A DNA stretch of 64,000 nt from an uncultured Methanoregulaceae archaeon (GTDB lineage Archaea > Halobacteriota > Methanomicrobia > Methanomicrobiales > Methanospirillaceae), in contig OY970343.1 in the NCBI GenBank assembly GCA_963717525.1, positions 96,001 to 160,000 of the forward strand, in the 5' to 3' direction. A program made the position numbers and the translations under genes. Positions within the stretch are counted from its first letter, which is position 1. Each line of letters opens with the position of its first letter. This document shows positions 10,368-23,079 of the stretch, in pieces. The notes beneath the pieces were generated by a model. The model saw only the letters and a list, made by a program, of their open reading frames with translations. It made no database searches and was not told the origin of the DNA.

Positions 10368-11643
10368 ATGATTCCGAAATACCGCATCCGGTGTGTCAGT
10401 GGGGGGGAGATTGTTCCCGATATGGCCTCCCTGTCCTGCCCGGCCGGCCATGATTCCCTCCTGCGCACCGAGTATAGCCGCCGCAGGTTACAGCCTGCAC
10501 CTCAGAGCGGGATCTTCCGGTACCTCTGCTGGCTGCCGGTGACCCGCCCGCTGCTGCCCTCAGGAGGCCCGGTGACGTTTACGAGCGCCGCGTTCTCCCG
10601 CGAGCTTGGCCTTCCCCGGTTAGCCATCTCATTTTCCGGGTACTTCCCGGAACAACATGCCTCCCTTACCACCGGTTCATTCAAGGAACTCGAGGCCCTG
10701 CCTACCCTGCAACGGCTCTGGGAACTGGGAAAGAAAATCCCGGTGATCGCCTCTGCGGGAAACACCGGCCGGGCCTTTGCCGGGCTCTCGGCTCAGGTAC
10801 AAAAAGCCGGTGGTGGTAGTGGTGCCAAAGGATGCCGTCTCCCGTCTCTGGACGACCACTCCTGCACATGATGTCTTCCTTGTGGCAGTTAAAGGGGACT
10901 ACACGGATGCAATCGCCGTGAGCACTGCGCTTGCTGCTGTCCCCGGGTGCGTGCCCGAAGGCGGGGCAAGGAACGTTGCACGCCGTGACGGGATGGGCAC
11001 CGTGATGCTCGATGCGGCAGTCACGCTGGGCAGAATACCTGATCACTATTTCCAGGCAGTCGGGAGCGGGACAGGAGCTATTGCCGCATGGGAGGCGGCG
11101 ATCCGGCTCATCGGGGACGGCAGGTACGGCACGGCTCTCCCCCGCCTCCACCTCGCCCAGAACAAACCCTTCACCCCGATGTTCTCAGCATGGCAGCAGC
11201 GTCGCCGGAGTATTAACCCGGAGCTTGATATGCCGGATGCACAAAATGCCATACAGGAAGTCATGTCCCCGGTCCTTACCAACCGCAACCCTCCCTACGG
11301 TATTGCAGGAGGGCTCTTTGACGCCCTGCAGGCAACGGACGGGTGGATGTATGCAGTATCGAACGAGGAGGGAAGGAAGGCGATGCAGCTCATCCGGGAC
11401 ACTGTGGGGATCGATCCCGACCCGGCAGCGGCAGTCGCCACCGCGGCGCTCATGCAGGCAGCAGAAACCGGGGCCGTTGGCCCGGACGATTATATCCTTC
11501 TCAACATCACGGGAGGAGGATACGAGAGGATCCGGGAGGATTATACCCTCTCTCCCGTAGAAGTGTCAGCCACGGTAACTCCTGACGAGCCCCGCGACAG
11601 GATTATTGCAGAACTAAAAAAGTGGGTGGCACACTATGGATGA
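10368..11643 (+). CDS. Cysteate synthase (frameshift near 10796, probably a sequencing error)
   Basis: TGSFKELEA, ASAGNTGRAF, EGGARNVARRDGMG, YFQAVGSGTG; adjacent to comDE. Confidence 0.88.
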
Positions 11644-12751
11644 AGACCAGATCATTGACGAACTCAGAAAACAGGGGATCGATCTTGTCAGCTCGGTTCC
11701 CTGCGACCGGGCAAAGGGCCTCTTTTTCAGGCTGCCCGAAAAATTCCGGCATATCGGCCTTACCCGGGAAGAGGATGGCGTGGGCATATCGGCGGGGGCG
11801 TACCTTGCCGGAGCCCGGCCGGCGATTGCCCTCCAGAGTTCTGGTCTCGGGAACATGCTCAACGCGATCCTCTCCCTCACGGTGACCTTCGGCCTCCCGC
11901 TCCCGATCCTTGCGAGCTGGCGGGGGTGCGAAGGGGAGAAGATCCCGGCCCAGATCCCGTTCAACCGCCCGCTTCCCGCTATCCTTTCCGCAGCCGGCAT
12001 TGCCTGCAGGGAAGTCTCCGGCCCCGATGCGCCACAGGAGATTGGTGAAGCGGTCGCGGCGGCATATAAAAACCGGGCCCCTCAGGTCATCCTTCTACGG
12101 CCGGAGTGCCTTACCGAGACCGGCTGCAGTGCACCATTTCAGCCGGCATCCACCCGGCCGTTTTCCCTTTGCTACGAGAGGAACTGGCGGCCTCCCACGA
12201 TGACCCGGTACGACGCGATACAGGCCATCACGGGAAGTGTGCAGGACGAAGTGCTGGTCGCAAATATCGGCGTTCCCTCAAAGGAGCTCTACACGGCCCG
12301 GGACCGGCCGGAGAACTTCTACATGCTGGGCAGTTACACGCAGGCATCCGCGATCGGCCTTGGCATCGCCACAGCACGGCCGGACAAAAAAGTGATCGTG
12401 ATTGACGGTGACGGGAGCCTGCTTGGCTCTGCGATCCTGCCGGTGATTGCAGCAGCGGGCCCGAAAAACCTCACGATAGCCTGCCTTGACAACGGCGTCT
12501 TTGGCAGCACCGGCAACCAGCCGAGGCCAGGGCAGGATACTGCGGACCTCGCACTCATGGCGCTCGGGGCTGGATTTGTGCATTCCACAACCGTGCATGA
12601 ACCAGGGGAACTCGAAGATGCGCTGGCCTCTCGGAAAAGTGACGGGCCGGCATTCATCCACGCCCGCATCCGCCCCGGAAATAGCGACGTGCCCAATATC
12701 CCCTTGTCCCCGTCACAGATCCGGGAACGGTTCATGGCCGCGCTTCTGTGA
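11636..12751 (+). CDS. comDE: Sulfopyruvate decarboxylase, fused alpha/beta subunits
   Basis: VPCD, TREEDGVG, QSSGLGN, NFYMLGS, IDGDGS TPP motif. Confidence 0.9.
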   Translation: MDEDQIIDELRKQGIDLVSSVPCDRAKGLFFRLPEKFRHIGLTREEDGVGISAGAYLAGARPAIALQSSGLGNMLNAILSLTVTFGLPLPILASWRGCEGEKIPAQIPFNRPLPAILSAAGIACREVSGPDAPQEIGEAVAAAYKNRAPQVILLRPECLTETGCSAPFQPASTRPFSLCYERNWRPPTMTRYDAIQAITGSVQDEVLVANIGVPSKELYTARDRPENFYMLGSYTQASAIGLGIATARPDKKVIVIDGDGSLLGSAILPVIAAAGPKNLTIACLDNGVFGSTGNQPRPGQDTADLALMALGAGFVHSTTVHEPGELEDALASRKSDGPAFIHARIRPGNSDVPNIPLSPSQIRERFMAALL

Positions 12752-12828
12752 CCGGCTCCAGAATTATGGGGCCTGATCGGAAAAGAGCGGGGAAAAAGAG
12801 ATCTTCTCCTGATCTTTTTAAAATATTG

Positions 12829-13692
12829 TCAGAGCAGGGGATCAGGAAGTTCCGTGCCGTAGACCGGAAGTTTTGATCCTGATACGAGCACCGGCCGGTC
12901 TGACCGGGCGATCTTGTCGAGGATGAGCTGCCTGCCCCGTTTTGTGAGCGCAAAGACCGGGACCGCTGTGCCTGCCTGCAGGAGCGCCCGGGCCCCCGCG
13001 ATCTGCCAGATCCATTTCGAAGCGCAGGCTGTCACGATATCTGCTACCCCGACAATCTGTTCGGCATCTGCCTCGGTAATGCCACTCATATGCACTCCGA
13101 AGATGAATGTTTCCGGGAACTGATCCCGGATTGCGGTTGCCGTTTCCGCGGAGGCAACCGTCACCGCGACACGGGAAAATCCCTTCTTGTACGCCCGGGC
13201 GACGCCGAGCACCGGGTCGACCGTTGCATGTGCCCGGTCGAGGACAAACCCTCCCTCCTTCTCGATCCTGTCCATCTCCTCTTTGATCGGCGAGGTGCTC
13301 ACGAGTCCGGACATCCTGCCGCCGATCCCCTGGACCATTTCCGGGGTAGTCACAATCACGGTTCCCGCACCGTCGCTGGCGAGGACTGCGGCATCAAGGG
13401 TCCCGGAAAGGATACCGGAACTGATCAGTTCAGACGCGCCAAATCCCACAAAATCCACAGTGCTGCTGATCTTCCGGTGCGGCCGGCACATGCCCCACGA
13501 ATGTATCCGGTGCTCAATGTTTGCCTTGACCGCTTCCGGGGTGATCTCGTTCACCGGCAGGGCAAATTTTTTTGCAAGCGGGCACTGGCGAAGCCGGGAG
13601 ACCGAGACTTCGGCTACGTTCCCGTTTTTTATGATGATCTTCGAACGTCCCACCGCTTCTATTACGTGAATGTCTTCCTCATTTTCGGACAT
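12829..13692 (-). CDS. Methanogenesis marker protein 8 (DUF2099)
   Basis: HVIEAVG, CPL, WGMC, FGASE, DGAGTV, QGIGGRMSGL, CASK. Confidence 0.85.
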   Translation of the reverse strand: MSENEEDIHVIEAVGRSKIIIKNGNVAEVSVSRLRQCPLAKKFALPVNEITPEAVKANIEHRIHSWGMCRPHRKISSTVDFVGFGASELISSGILSGTLDAAVLASDGAGTVIVTTPEMVQGIGGRMSGLVSTSPIKEEMDRIEKEGGFVLDRAHATVDPVLGVARAYKKGFSRVAVTVASAETATAIRDQFPETFIFGVHMSGITEADAEQIVGVADIVTACASKWIWQIAGARALLQAGTAVPVFALTKRGRQLILDKIARSDRPVLVSGSKLPVYGTELPDPLL

Positions 13693-13852
13693 GGAATATT
13701 CCTCTTTTCTCCTTTGTCATATACGGAAAATCAACCCATCCTTTTCTTCCGGGAGAGGTGCCGCAGATATCATGTTCAGAACAAAGCCATGCTTGCTTAG
13801 GTGTGCTATGAAAACCGGGGAATAATAACCTCATGTACTCTGGCAATCATCG

Positions 13853-14773
13853 TTACAGCGCGAGCATCCGTTCTATCGCATCACGGGCACGGACTGCAGT
13901 CTCTTTCGGAACCGTGATCCTGGGCCTGAGCGTGACCAGTGCGTCGCGGACGTGTGCAAGGGTGGTCTTCTTCATGTTCACGCAGACGGCCTTCTCCGAG
14001 AGCGGGTAACAGTGCTTTCCCGGGCACTCTTTTGCAAGCCGGTGCAGGATGCCGATCTCGGTACCTATGATAAACTCGGTTCCGGGTGCAGCTTTGACGT
14101 GGCTGACGATCCCCGATGTGCTCGCGACGTGATCCGCACGGTCGATGACTTCAGGCCGGCACTCCGGATGGACGAGGACAACGGCGCCCGGGTGCACCTG
14201 TTTTGCCCGGGCAACATCGTCCGGGGTGTAGCGGTCGTGGACCAGGCAGAAGCCTTCCCACGGTAACACCGTCTTTTTGGTGAAGCGCGCCACGTACTGC
14301 CCGAGGTTTTTATCCGGGACAAAGATCACCTCATCCTCCGAAACTGCGTTGACTACCTTAACTGCGTTTGCCGAGGTACAGCAGATGTCGCTCTCCGCTT
14401 TGACGTCGGCAGTCGTGTTCACGTAGCAGACGACTGCTGCGCCCGGGTGACGGGTGCGGGCGAACCGGAGCTCGTCTGCGGTCACCATCCCTGCCATGGG
14501 GCAGCAGGCATCGATCGCGGGCAGCAGGACCGTTTTTTCCGGGGCAAGAATGGCGGCGGTTTCCGCCATGAAATCGACCCCGCAGAAGACGATAACATTG
14601 CCGGCCATCGCCGCCGCAGCACGGGCCAGCTCCAGCGAATCGCCGGTGATATCAGCGATGTCCTGCACCTCGGGCCGCTGGTAGTTGTGCGCAAGGATGA
14701 TCGCGTTTCTCTTCTTCTTAAGGTGCAGGATCTCATCCTGCAGCATACTTGCGTCCTGCATCGGCAAACCCAC
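13853..14773 (-). CDS. nadA: Quinolinate synthase
   Basis: ILAHNYQ, GDSLELA, FCGVDFMAE, YVNT, CTSANA, HPEC. Confidence 0.95.
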   Translation of the reverse strand: MGLPMQDASMLQDEILHLKKKRNAIILAHNYQRPEVQDIADITGDSLELARAAAAMAGNVIVFCGVDFMAETAAILAPEKTVLLPAIDACCPMAGMVTADELRFARTRHPGAAVVCYVNTTADVKAESDICCTSANAVKVVNAVSEDEVIFVPDKNLGQYVARFTKKTVLPWEGFCLVHDRYTPDDVARAKQVHPGAVVLVHPECRPEVIDRADHVASTSGIVSHVKAAPGTEFIIGTEIGILHRLAKECPGKHCYPLSEKAVCVNMKKTTLAHVRDALVTLRPRITVPKETAVRARDAIERMLAL

Positions 14774-14883
14774 GTGTGTTTGTATCGTAGTAGTGTGTCG
14801 CGGTGCATCAAAAAGTCGCTGGCGGGGCCCTTGCCGTACCGGGATGTTTATGCACCGGGGATTCCTATCTTCTATCGACGACC

Positions 14884-15078
14884 ATGAAAGTAATCCTGCC
14901 GGATCAGGGCATCCGGGTGATGGAGCACGGCCCCGGAACGGTCGCGGCGCTCCTGCACGAGCTCGGTATCAACACTCTGGAAGTGATGGTGGCCCGTAAC
15001 GGCACCCTTGTCCCCGAGCAGGCAGCAATCGGCGGGGATGACGAGATCAGGGTCATCCGGATCGCGCACGGGGGATAG
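14884..15078 (+). CDS. ThiS/MoaD/SAMP ubiquitin-like sulfur carrier
   Basis: 64 aa ending in HGG, directly upstream of the TtuA-like gene. Confidence 0.85.
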   Translation: MKVILPDQGIRVMEHGPGTVAALLHELGINTLEVMVARNGTLVPEQAAIGGDDEIRVIRIAHGG

Positions 15079-15082
15079 GCCG

Positions 15083-16018
15083 GTGAAGCACCCTGCTGCG
15101 CCCGTTGATGTCCCGGCCTGTTCCTGCTGCGGGGAACCGGCGGTCATATACCAGCCGGTAAGCCGGCGCCATCTCTGCGGCATTCACCTTGTACGTGATG
15201 TGGAAAAGCGGGTTGCATCGACCATAAATGAGGCCGGGCAGATCCATGCGGGCGACCGGATCGCAGTGGCATTAAGCGGGGGAAAGGACAGGTACAGCGC
15301 TCCTTGTCATCCTTTCCCGGCTCCTGCCCGCGTGGCCGGGCGCGGATCTCGTTGCCATCACTGTGGATGAGGGGATTGCCGGGTACCGCACTGACACCAT
15401 ACGGGCAGCAGAGGCCCTGACAGGACGGCTTGGGGTGGACCACCGCATCGTCTCCTTCCGTGACCTTGTCGGCGCCGACCTCGATACCCTGCTTGCGGGA
15501 CGCGAGACAGAGGCCTGCACCATCTGCGGCATCCTGCGCAAAAAAGCACTCACGGATGCAGCCCGTACAGCCGGGGCGACCGCGATCGCCACCGGCCACA
15601 ACCTCGATGACGAGGCCCAGTCAGTGCTGATGAACGCTTTCCGGGGGATCTTCCCCGGCTCGTCAGGAACACCGGTACCGGCCGGTCGGCCCTGTTCCTC
15701 CCGAGGATCAAACCCCTTGCTGCTGTAACGGAGAAGGAGATCGCGGCCTATCTTTTTGTGCAGGGTCTTTTTTCCGTGCTGCCAGAATGCCCGTACACGA
15801 GATACGCACTGCGTGCCGAAGTACGGAGCCTGCTTGCAGGATTGGAGGACCGGCATCCCGGGACGATGCAGCATCTCGCGGACAACAAAAAAAGTATCGA
15901 ACGGTACTGTGCGGGGACACCGGTCATGGAATCCCTGCACCACTGCCGGGAGTGCGGCGACCCCTGCTCCGGCGAAATCTGCCAGGTCTGCCGGCTCCGG
16001 CACTCACTGGGAAAGTGA
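15083..16018 (+). CDS. TtuA/Ncs6-family tRNA 2-thiolase (frameshifts near 15291 and 15645)
   Basis: CxxC, SGGKD(S), DEGI, CTIC, TGHNLDD, RIKPL, ECPY, C-terminal Zn finger across three frames. Confidence 0.85.
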
Positions 16019-16792
16019 AGGGGCGCCCTGTACCCGTTCAGGGTGAGTGTAGATAATCATCTTCGCGCTGCGGACAAACCCGACAATGCATACCCCGGTC
16101 TGCTCTGCGATGGTGACGGCAAGGGTCGTCGTCGCACCGCGTGATATCATCACCGGGATGTTTGCGATCAGGCACTTGCGCACCATCTCGGATGATACGC
16201 GGCCGGAGCAGATGGCAAACGTCTTTGAGAGATCGATCTTATTTTTCAGGCCGTACCCGATCACGCGGTCAAGCGCGTTATGCCTCCCGATATCCTCGGA
16301 ACGGGTGATGATACCGTCTTTTGATGCGAGCCCGACGACGTGGATACCACCGGTGATAGTGTGCAGTTCGGATTCGAGCACTTCCCTGGTGGTTGCACTG
16401 AGCAGGTCAGGAGTGACAGACAGGTCCGAGGTGATTCTGGGAAGTTTTTCGGTGTCGATAAAGGATGCAGCCCCCCCGCACCCGGAGAGGATCGTCTTTT
16501 TCGGGCCAAGCACCTTGAAGAGATTTTTGGTGATCACGCTGATCCGGTTTTTCTCGATCCTGATGGACTCGATCTCGTCGGCGCTTTTGATGATTTGTTC
16601 GGTAAACAGGTAGCCGGTGACAAAATCCTCAAGTCCGGTCGGGCTCATCATTGCGGTCATCGCATGCCTGCCGTTCACGAACAATGCCTCAGGAACCTCT
16701 TCGATGACCTCATGGGTACCGGTTTTTGCGGTCTGGCCTTCCATTTTTATGCAGGGCAGGTTCTTGAACATCGGTACCGTCATAAATGTCAC
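16004..16792 (-). CDS. fdhD: Formate dehydrogenase accessory sulfurtransferase
   Basis: SGCG, TGGIH, EDIGRHNALD, SGRVSSEM. Confidence 0.93.
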   Translation of the reverse strand: MTFMTVPMFKNLPCIKMEGQTAKTGTHEVIEEVPEALFVNGRHAMTAMMSPTGLEDFVTGYLFTEQIIKSADEIESIRIEKNRISVITKNLFKVLGPKKTILSGCGGAASFIDTEKLPRITSDLSVTPDLLSATTREVLESELHTITGGIHVVGLASKDGIITRSEDIGRHNALDRVIGYGLKNKIDLSKTFAICSGRVSSEMVRKCLIANIPVMISRGATTTLAVTIAEQTGVCIVGFVRSAKMIIYTHPERVQGAPSLSQ

Positions 16793-16806
16793 CAGGCAGG
16801 GAGCGA

Positions 16807-17625
16807 TCAGGATCTTTTGCGGGCAGGTGGGAGCACTTCGTCCATGCTCCCTGTCCGGTACCCCTCCAGATCGAGGGTTACATAGGAGAACCCGAGTGCA
16901 CGAAGGGCACCTGTCACCGCAGCATGCATATCCAGTAATGCGTGCATCTCCTCTTTAGGCACTTCGATGCGGGCAACCTTCCCGTGGACCCTGACACGCG
17001 CCTGCACGAACCCTTTTCCGTGCAGGAATGCCTCGGCCCCCTCGACCATGTGGAGTTTTTCCCGGGTTATCGGATCGCCGTAGGGGATGCGGGAGGAGAG
17101 GCAGGCCGCCGATGGTTTGTCCCAGAAAGACAATCCCTCGTCCCGTGCAATCTCCCGGATATCGTTTTTGGTGAGGCCGGCATCGAGAAACGGATGAATA
17201 ATTCCCTCTTCAGTACTTGCGGCAAGGCCGGGCCGGTGTTCCCCGGTATCCGAGACGTTGATGCCATCTGCAACACAGGCAAAACCCAGTTCCTGTGCCC
17301 GCCGTTTGAGCACAGCAGCAGAGTTCTTTTTGCACCAGTAACAGCGTTTAGCGGGGTTCTTTGCGAACCGATCATCATCCATCATACTGACGGGAAGGAT
17401 CTCCAGCTCAAGGTTATACTTCCGGGCAATGAGCCGCGCCTCATCGATCGCTTCCCGCGGGACGACCGGGCTGTCGAGAAGGACGCACCGGGTCCTGTCC
17501 CCGAGTGCTTCCCGGGCAAGCACCGCGAGCAGGCTGCTGTCCACGCCGCCGGAGAAAGCAACGAGCAGGGATCCGTGCCCAGCGAGTGAATCGAGCAGGA
17601 GTTTTCGGCGGGCAGGGATTTCCAT
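16807..17625 (-). CDS. larE: LarE-family ATP-dependent sulfur transferase
   Basis: AFSGGVDS, RCYWCK, RPG, ACLSSRIPYG. Confidence 0.9.
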   Translation of the reverse strand: MEIPARRKLLLDSLAGHGSLLVAFSGGVDSSLLAVLAREALGDRTRCVLLDSPVVPREAIDEARLIARKYNLELEILPVSMMDDDRFAKNPAKRCYWCKKNSAAVLKRRAQELGFACVADGINVSDTGEHRPGLAASTEEGIIHPFLDAGLTKNDIREIARDEGLSFWDKPSAACLSSRIPYGDPITREKLHMVEGAEAFLHGKGFVQARVRVHGKVARIEVPKEEMHALLDMHAAVTGALRALGFSYVTLDLEGYRTGSMDEVLPPARKRS

Positions 17626-18004
17626 GGTGTGCACACGACCTTTTTAGAGACGCATCATTATCTGCGTGTTTTTATGAATGATTTTCGGGAGATACTCATT
17701 GAGATTACCGTGATCCGTTCCCGGTTCAGGACCCTCCGGGCTGTCGCCGGTAATTTTGTTTTCAAGCAGAAAGAAGTTTTGTTGATATATCATTGCATCA
17801 ATTATCATTTCAAACGGTGTTTATTTATACAATCCTGGTTCCGGCGATGGATTTCATCAGAGCATATACGGGTAAACCGCCGGAAAATGTCCCGGAATAC
17901 AGCCGGCCGCGAGCAGGGATCTACCCGTTGGCTGCGGTAATAAGGTATGCCGGAAAGAGATCAACAGAAAGCCGGCATACATGATAACCTTGAGCGTTAG
18001 AAAT

Positions 18005-18020
18005 ATTAACAATTGTGAAC
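18005..18020. promoter_or_regulatory. Putative sulfur-regulon operator
   Basis: ATTAACAATTGTGAAC, identical to 60954-60969. Confidence 0.6.
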
Positions 18021-18045
18021 ATACAGGTACTGTGGTTAACCATGA

Positions 18046-18330
18046 GTGATCGTCTTTGCTGTAACCAGCAGTAACGAAAAACGTGTACAGAATATTGGGC
18101 ACCTGCCGCCATCGGCAAAACTGGTGTATACCGTCCTCAGGGCCAACAGCCCGATGACTCAGAAAGATATTGTCCGGGAATCCTATCTTCCCGAACGTAC
18201 TGTCCGTTACGCGCTCTCCCGTCTCAGGGAGGAGAAGGTTCTGATCGTACATCTCTCCCTTGCCGATGCACGGCAGAGCCTGTACCGGCTTTCGGTGCGG
18301 GAAAACGAACCGGCTGCCATGGCGGCCTGA
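18046..18330 (+). CDS. Winged-HTH (MarR/TrmB-like) regulator
   Basis: LPPSAKLVY..MTQKDI..LPERTVRYALSRL..DARQSLY. Confidence 0.85.
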   Translation: MIVFAVTSSNEKRVQNIGHLPPSAKLVYTVLRANSPMTQKDIVRESYLPERTVRYALSRLREEKVLIVHLSLADARQSLYRLSVRENEPAAMAA

Positions 18331-18570
18331 ATCGTCCCTTTTTCACTTTTCGCCGGTTCACGAAGGAATCCATTGTTGCAGGAATGCCGCCGGAAACGAT
18401 ATTCTTCCTCTTCGCGGAGTCAGGACCCGGCTCCTGAACAAAAATTACTGTGGGGAATATATTTTGCGCGCGAAATGCGTTCTCTGCATACAATTAAGTG
18501 CCAGAGTACCTGACATTTCCCTCGGAAACCAGGATCGGGAAAATCCTGCCGATGTCAGAACATATAAATA

Positions 18571-18612
18571 TTCACGATTGTTATCTTGTATAGTCAAAAT
18601 CACAATCGTGAA
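18571..18612. promoter_or_regulatory. Operator pair upstream of tRNA-Cys1
   Basis: TTCACGATTGTTAT (18571) and ATCACAATCGTGAA (18599). Confidence 0.55.
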
Positions 18613-18624
18613 TACGCACAACAA

Positions 18625-18696
18625 GCCAGTGTGGCGGAGTGGTTACGCGGTTGACTGCAGATCAACTACACCCCGGTTCAATTCCGGGCGCTGGCT
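18625..18696 (+). tRNA. tRNA-Cys(GCA), canonical (G37, U73)
   Basis: Acceptor GCCAGTG/CGCTGGC, anticodon arm GTTGA-CTGCAGA-TCAAC, T arm CCCGG-TTCAATT-CCGGG. Confidence 0.97.
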
Positions 18697-18721
18697 CTGC
18701 ACATAAAAAAGGTGACACACC

Positions 18722-20086
18722 ATGAGTATCCGAATCCAGAAAACATTCGAAGCACTCTTTGCTTTCGAAGAGATCCGCGGGCTCTTCCGCGAGTCCCTGC
18801 CAACCGGCTTTGACCCTGCGGAGGAGGCAGCGTTCCTGCAGAAGATTGCTGAAGTAAAGGCAATCCTTGCCGATCTCGAGGCAGGCACCGGCTCACCGAA
18901 GGTCACAAAGATTGCCGGCTCTATCGACCTGCGGACCCGGGAAGAGGAGTCCATCAACATCCAGCCGATCCAGGCAGCAGGCCGGCTGACCACGGAGGCG
19001 AGGAAGGCCCTCATCTCCTACGGTGACGGTTACTCGACGTGTGACGCCTGCCGGAAGCCGTTCCGGCTGGACAAGATCTCCCAGCCGGGCATAGCGGAGT
19101 TCCATGCTGACCTTGCGAAGTTCGTCAACATGGACCAGGCCCGGGTCGTTCCCGGTGCACGCCGGGGGTTCCAGGCAGTTGCAGGCACGCTCGTGAACAA
19201 GGGGGACAGTGTGGTAGTCTCGGCGCTCGCCCACTATACCGAGTTCCTGGCCGTGGAAAATGCCGGTGGGGTCGTAAAGGAAGTGCCGCTCGACGACAAA
19301 AATATCGTGACTGGCGAGGCAACGGCACAGAAGATCGAAGAGGTCAAACGGGAGACCGGAAAACTCTCGGTGCTCGTCATGATCGACCACTTCGACTACC
19401 AGTTTGCAAACGAGCACGAAATCAGCGAAATCGGAAAAGTCGCCCACCAGTACGACATCCCCTTCCTCTACAACGGGGCATACACGGTCGGCGTCCGGCC
19501 GGTCGACGGCAAGAAGATCGGGGCAGACTTTGTCGTCGGCTCCGGACACAAGAGTATGGCATCGGTCGCGCCGTCCGGGGTACTTGCAATGACCGATGAA
19601 TGGGTGCCAAAGGCACTCCGCACCACCGCGATGGTCGGCGACCTCACCAAACGGAAGTTTGGCATCAAGGAAGTGGAAATGCTCGGCTGCACGCTGATGG
19701 GAGGGACCCTGCTCTCGATGATGGCATCGTTCCCCGCAGTAAAGGAACGGGTGCTCCACTGGGATGAACAGGTGAAGCGCTCCAACTACTTCATCGACCG
19801 GCTCCTGAAAATTGAGGGGAGCAGGGTGCTCTCCGAGTACCCGCGTAAGCACACGCTCACCAAAGTCGACACCACGGGAAGCTTTGACACGGTCGCACAG
19901 ACCCACAAGCGCCGCGGCTTCTACTTCAGCGACGAGCTGTCGTCCCGCGGGATTGTCGGCGAATTTGCCGGGGCAACCCGGACCTGGAAACTGAACACCT
20001 ACGGCCTGTCCGAAAAGCAGATCCGCTACCTTGCCGAGGCCTTTACCGGGATCGCAGAGAAATACGGGATCCCTGTTGCGCCGTAA
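18722..20086 (+). CDS. pscS: Sep-tRNA:Cys-tRNA synthase with N-terminal extension
   Basis: INIQPIQAAGRL, GDGYSTCDAC, GSGHKSMA PLP site, EMLGCT. Confidence 0.93.
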   Translation: MSIRIQKTFEALFAFEEIRGLFRESLPTGFDPAEEAAFLQKIAEVKAILADLEAGTGSPKVTKIAGSIDLRTREEESINIQPIQAAGRLTTEARKALISYGDGYSTCDACRKPFRLDKISQPGIAEFHADLAKFVNMDQARVVPGARRGFQAVAGTLVNKGDSVVVSALAHYTEFLAVENAGGVVKEVPLDDKNIVTGEATAQKIEEVKRETGKLSVLVMIDHFDYQFANEHEISEIGKVAHQYDIPFLYNGAYTVGVRPVDGKKIGADFVVGSGHKSMASVAPSGVLAMTDEWVPKALRTTAMVGDLTKRKFGIKEVEMLGCTLMGGTLLSMMASFPAVKERVLHWDEQVKRSNYFIDRLLKIEGSRVLSEYPRKHTLTKVDTTGSFDTVAQTHKRRGFYFSDELSSRGIVGEFAGATRTWKLNTYGLSEKQIRYLAEAFTGIAEKYGIPVAP

Positions 20087-20226
20087 CGCCGGTTACCCGG
20101 TGTAATTATGCAATCCAGCGGATTTCTCAACGTAAAATGAAACCGATATTTCAGGTATCCCCGCAGGAATCAACCCGTTATATGAAATCCAGAGAAGCAA
20201 CAAGCAAAGAAAAAAATCCTGTATAA

Positions 20227-21543
<1,317 letters not shown>

Positions 21544-21546
21544 GAT

Positions 21547-23028
21547 ATGAGTATGCTCCGTGGTTCGCTCGGTATTGTCACAACCGGATACGCAGACCTC
21601 CCCGGCCCCTTCACGTTAGAGAGCGGGGCAGTCCTGCCTAAGGTGACCATCGCCTACGAGACCTACGGCAGGCTCAATAAAGAGAAGAGCAATGCGATCC
21701 TCATCTGCCACGCCCTCTCGGGCGACGCCCACATAGCCGGGTTCCACGAAGGAGAAGAGAAACCCGGGTGGTGGGACGCGGTGGTCGGGCCGGGTAAGGC
21801 CTTTGACACCGAGCGCTATTTTGTCATCTGCAGCAACGTGATCGGGGGGTGCAAGGGCTCGACCGGCCCTTCATCCATAAACCCCGACACCCTAAAACCC
21901 TACGGCGCAACCTTCCCGGTGGTGACCATCCGCGATATGGTCAACGCCCAGAAAGGTCTTATCGATGTTCTTGGCATTCCCGAACTCTACGCGGTTGCCG
22001 GCGGATCGATGGGCGGCATGCAGGCGCTCCAGTGGACCGTCTCGTACCCGGACCTGGTAAAAAAGGCGATCATCATAGCCGCGACCGGGTACTCGACGCC
22101 CCAGCAGATCGCGTTCAATGAGGTCGGCAGGAAGGCGATCATCTCGGATCCCGACTGGAACAAAGGAGACTATTACGGGAAGGAGATCCCCTCCCACGGC
22201 CTCGCGCTGGCCCGGATGGTCGGCCACATCACGTACCTCTCCGATGAGTCGATGCATACGAAGTTCGGGAGGGCCCTCCAGGGAAAAGACCGGGTCGGAT
22301 TTGATTTCTCCACCGAGTTTGCCATCGAGAGCTACCTCCACCACCAGGGGGATACGTTCACGAAAAGGTTCGATGCGAACTCGTACCTCTACATCACCAA
22401 GGCCATCGATTACTTCGACCTCACCCGGGAGGGATCCCTTACCACCGGCCTTGCGGCGGCAAAGGCAGCGTTCTTTGTTATCTCCGTTACCTCGGACTGG
22501 CTCTACCCGCCCTACCAATCGCAGGAGATCGTGACGGCGCTTACCGCAAACGAGCGCGAGGTGCACTACTGCGAGATCCGGTCCAATTACGGCCACGACG
22601 CATTCCTGCTCGAATCCGGCCAGATCAATTACCTGATCACGAGGTTCCTCTCCCATACAGTCGTTGGCGACGTGATGATCCGCGACGTCGAGTGTATCGA
22701 GGAGGGGACGACGATTGCGGTCACCGCCCGGCGGATGATCAAGTGCAGTGTCAACCACCTGCCGGTCCTTTCCGCTAGCGGCCAGCTCGTGGGGATCGTA
22801 ACGTCCTGGGACATTGCAAAGGCAGTTGCGTCCAACTTCCTGTGGCTCGACGAGATCATGAGCCGCAGCGTGGTCACGACCACCGAGAACGAGCCCGTGG
22901 ACGAGGCTGCCCGGAAGATGGAGGCGCACTCGATCTCCGCGCTGCCGGTCATCGATCCCGAATCGCACGTAATCGGGCTTATCACGAGCGATGCCATCAG
23001 CATGCTCGTCGGCAGGCAGAACCCGTGA
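21547..23028 (+). CDS. metX: Homoserine O-acetyltransferase with C-terminal CBS pair
   Basis: [28 protein letters not shown] followed by CBS domains. Confidence 0.93.
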   Translation: MSMLRGSLGIVTTGYADLPGPFTLESGAVLPKVTIAYETYGRLNKEKSNAILICHALSGDAHIAGFHEGEEKPGWWDAVVGPGKAFDTERYFVICSNVIGGCKGSTGPSSINPDTLKPYGATFPVVTIRDMVNAQKGLIDVLGIPELYAVAGGSMGGMQALQWTVSYPDLVKKAIIIAATGYSTPQQIAFNEVGRKAIISDPDWNKGDYYGKEIPSHGLALARMVGHITYLSDESMHTKFGRALQGKDRVGFDFSTEFAIESYLHHQGDTFTKRFDANSYLYITKAIDYFDLTREGSLTTGLAAAKAAFFVISVTSDWLYPPYQSQEIVTALTANEREVHYCEIRSNYGHDAFLLESGQINYLITRFLSHTVVGDVMIRDVECIEEGTTIAVTARRMIKCSVNHLPVLSASGQLVGIVTSWDIAKAVASNFLWLDEIMSRSVVTTTENEPVDEAARKMEAHSISALPVIDPESHVIGLITSDAISMLVGRQNP

Positions 23029-23079
23029 TCTTCACCACACACTAACAACAAGACTGAAATCGATTATTGGACAGGGGAA

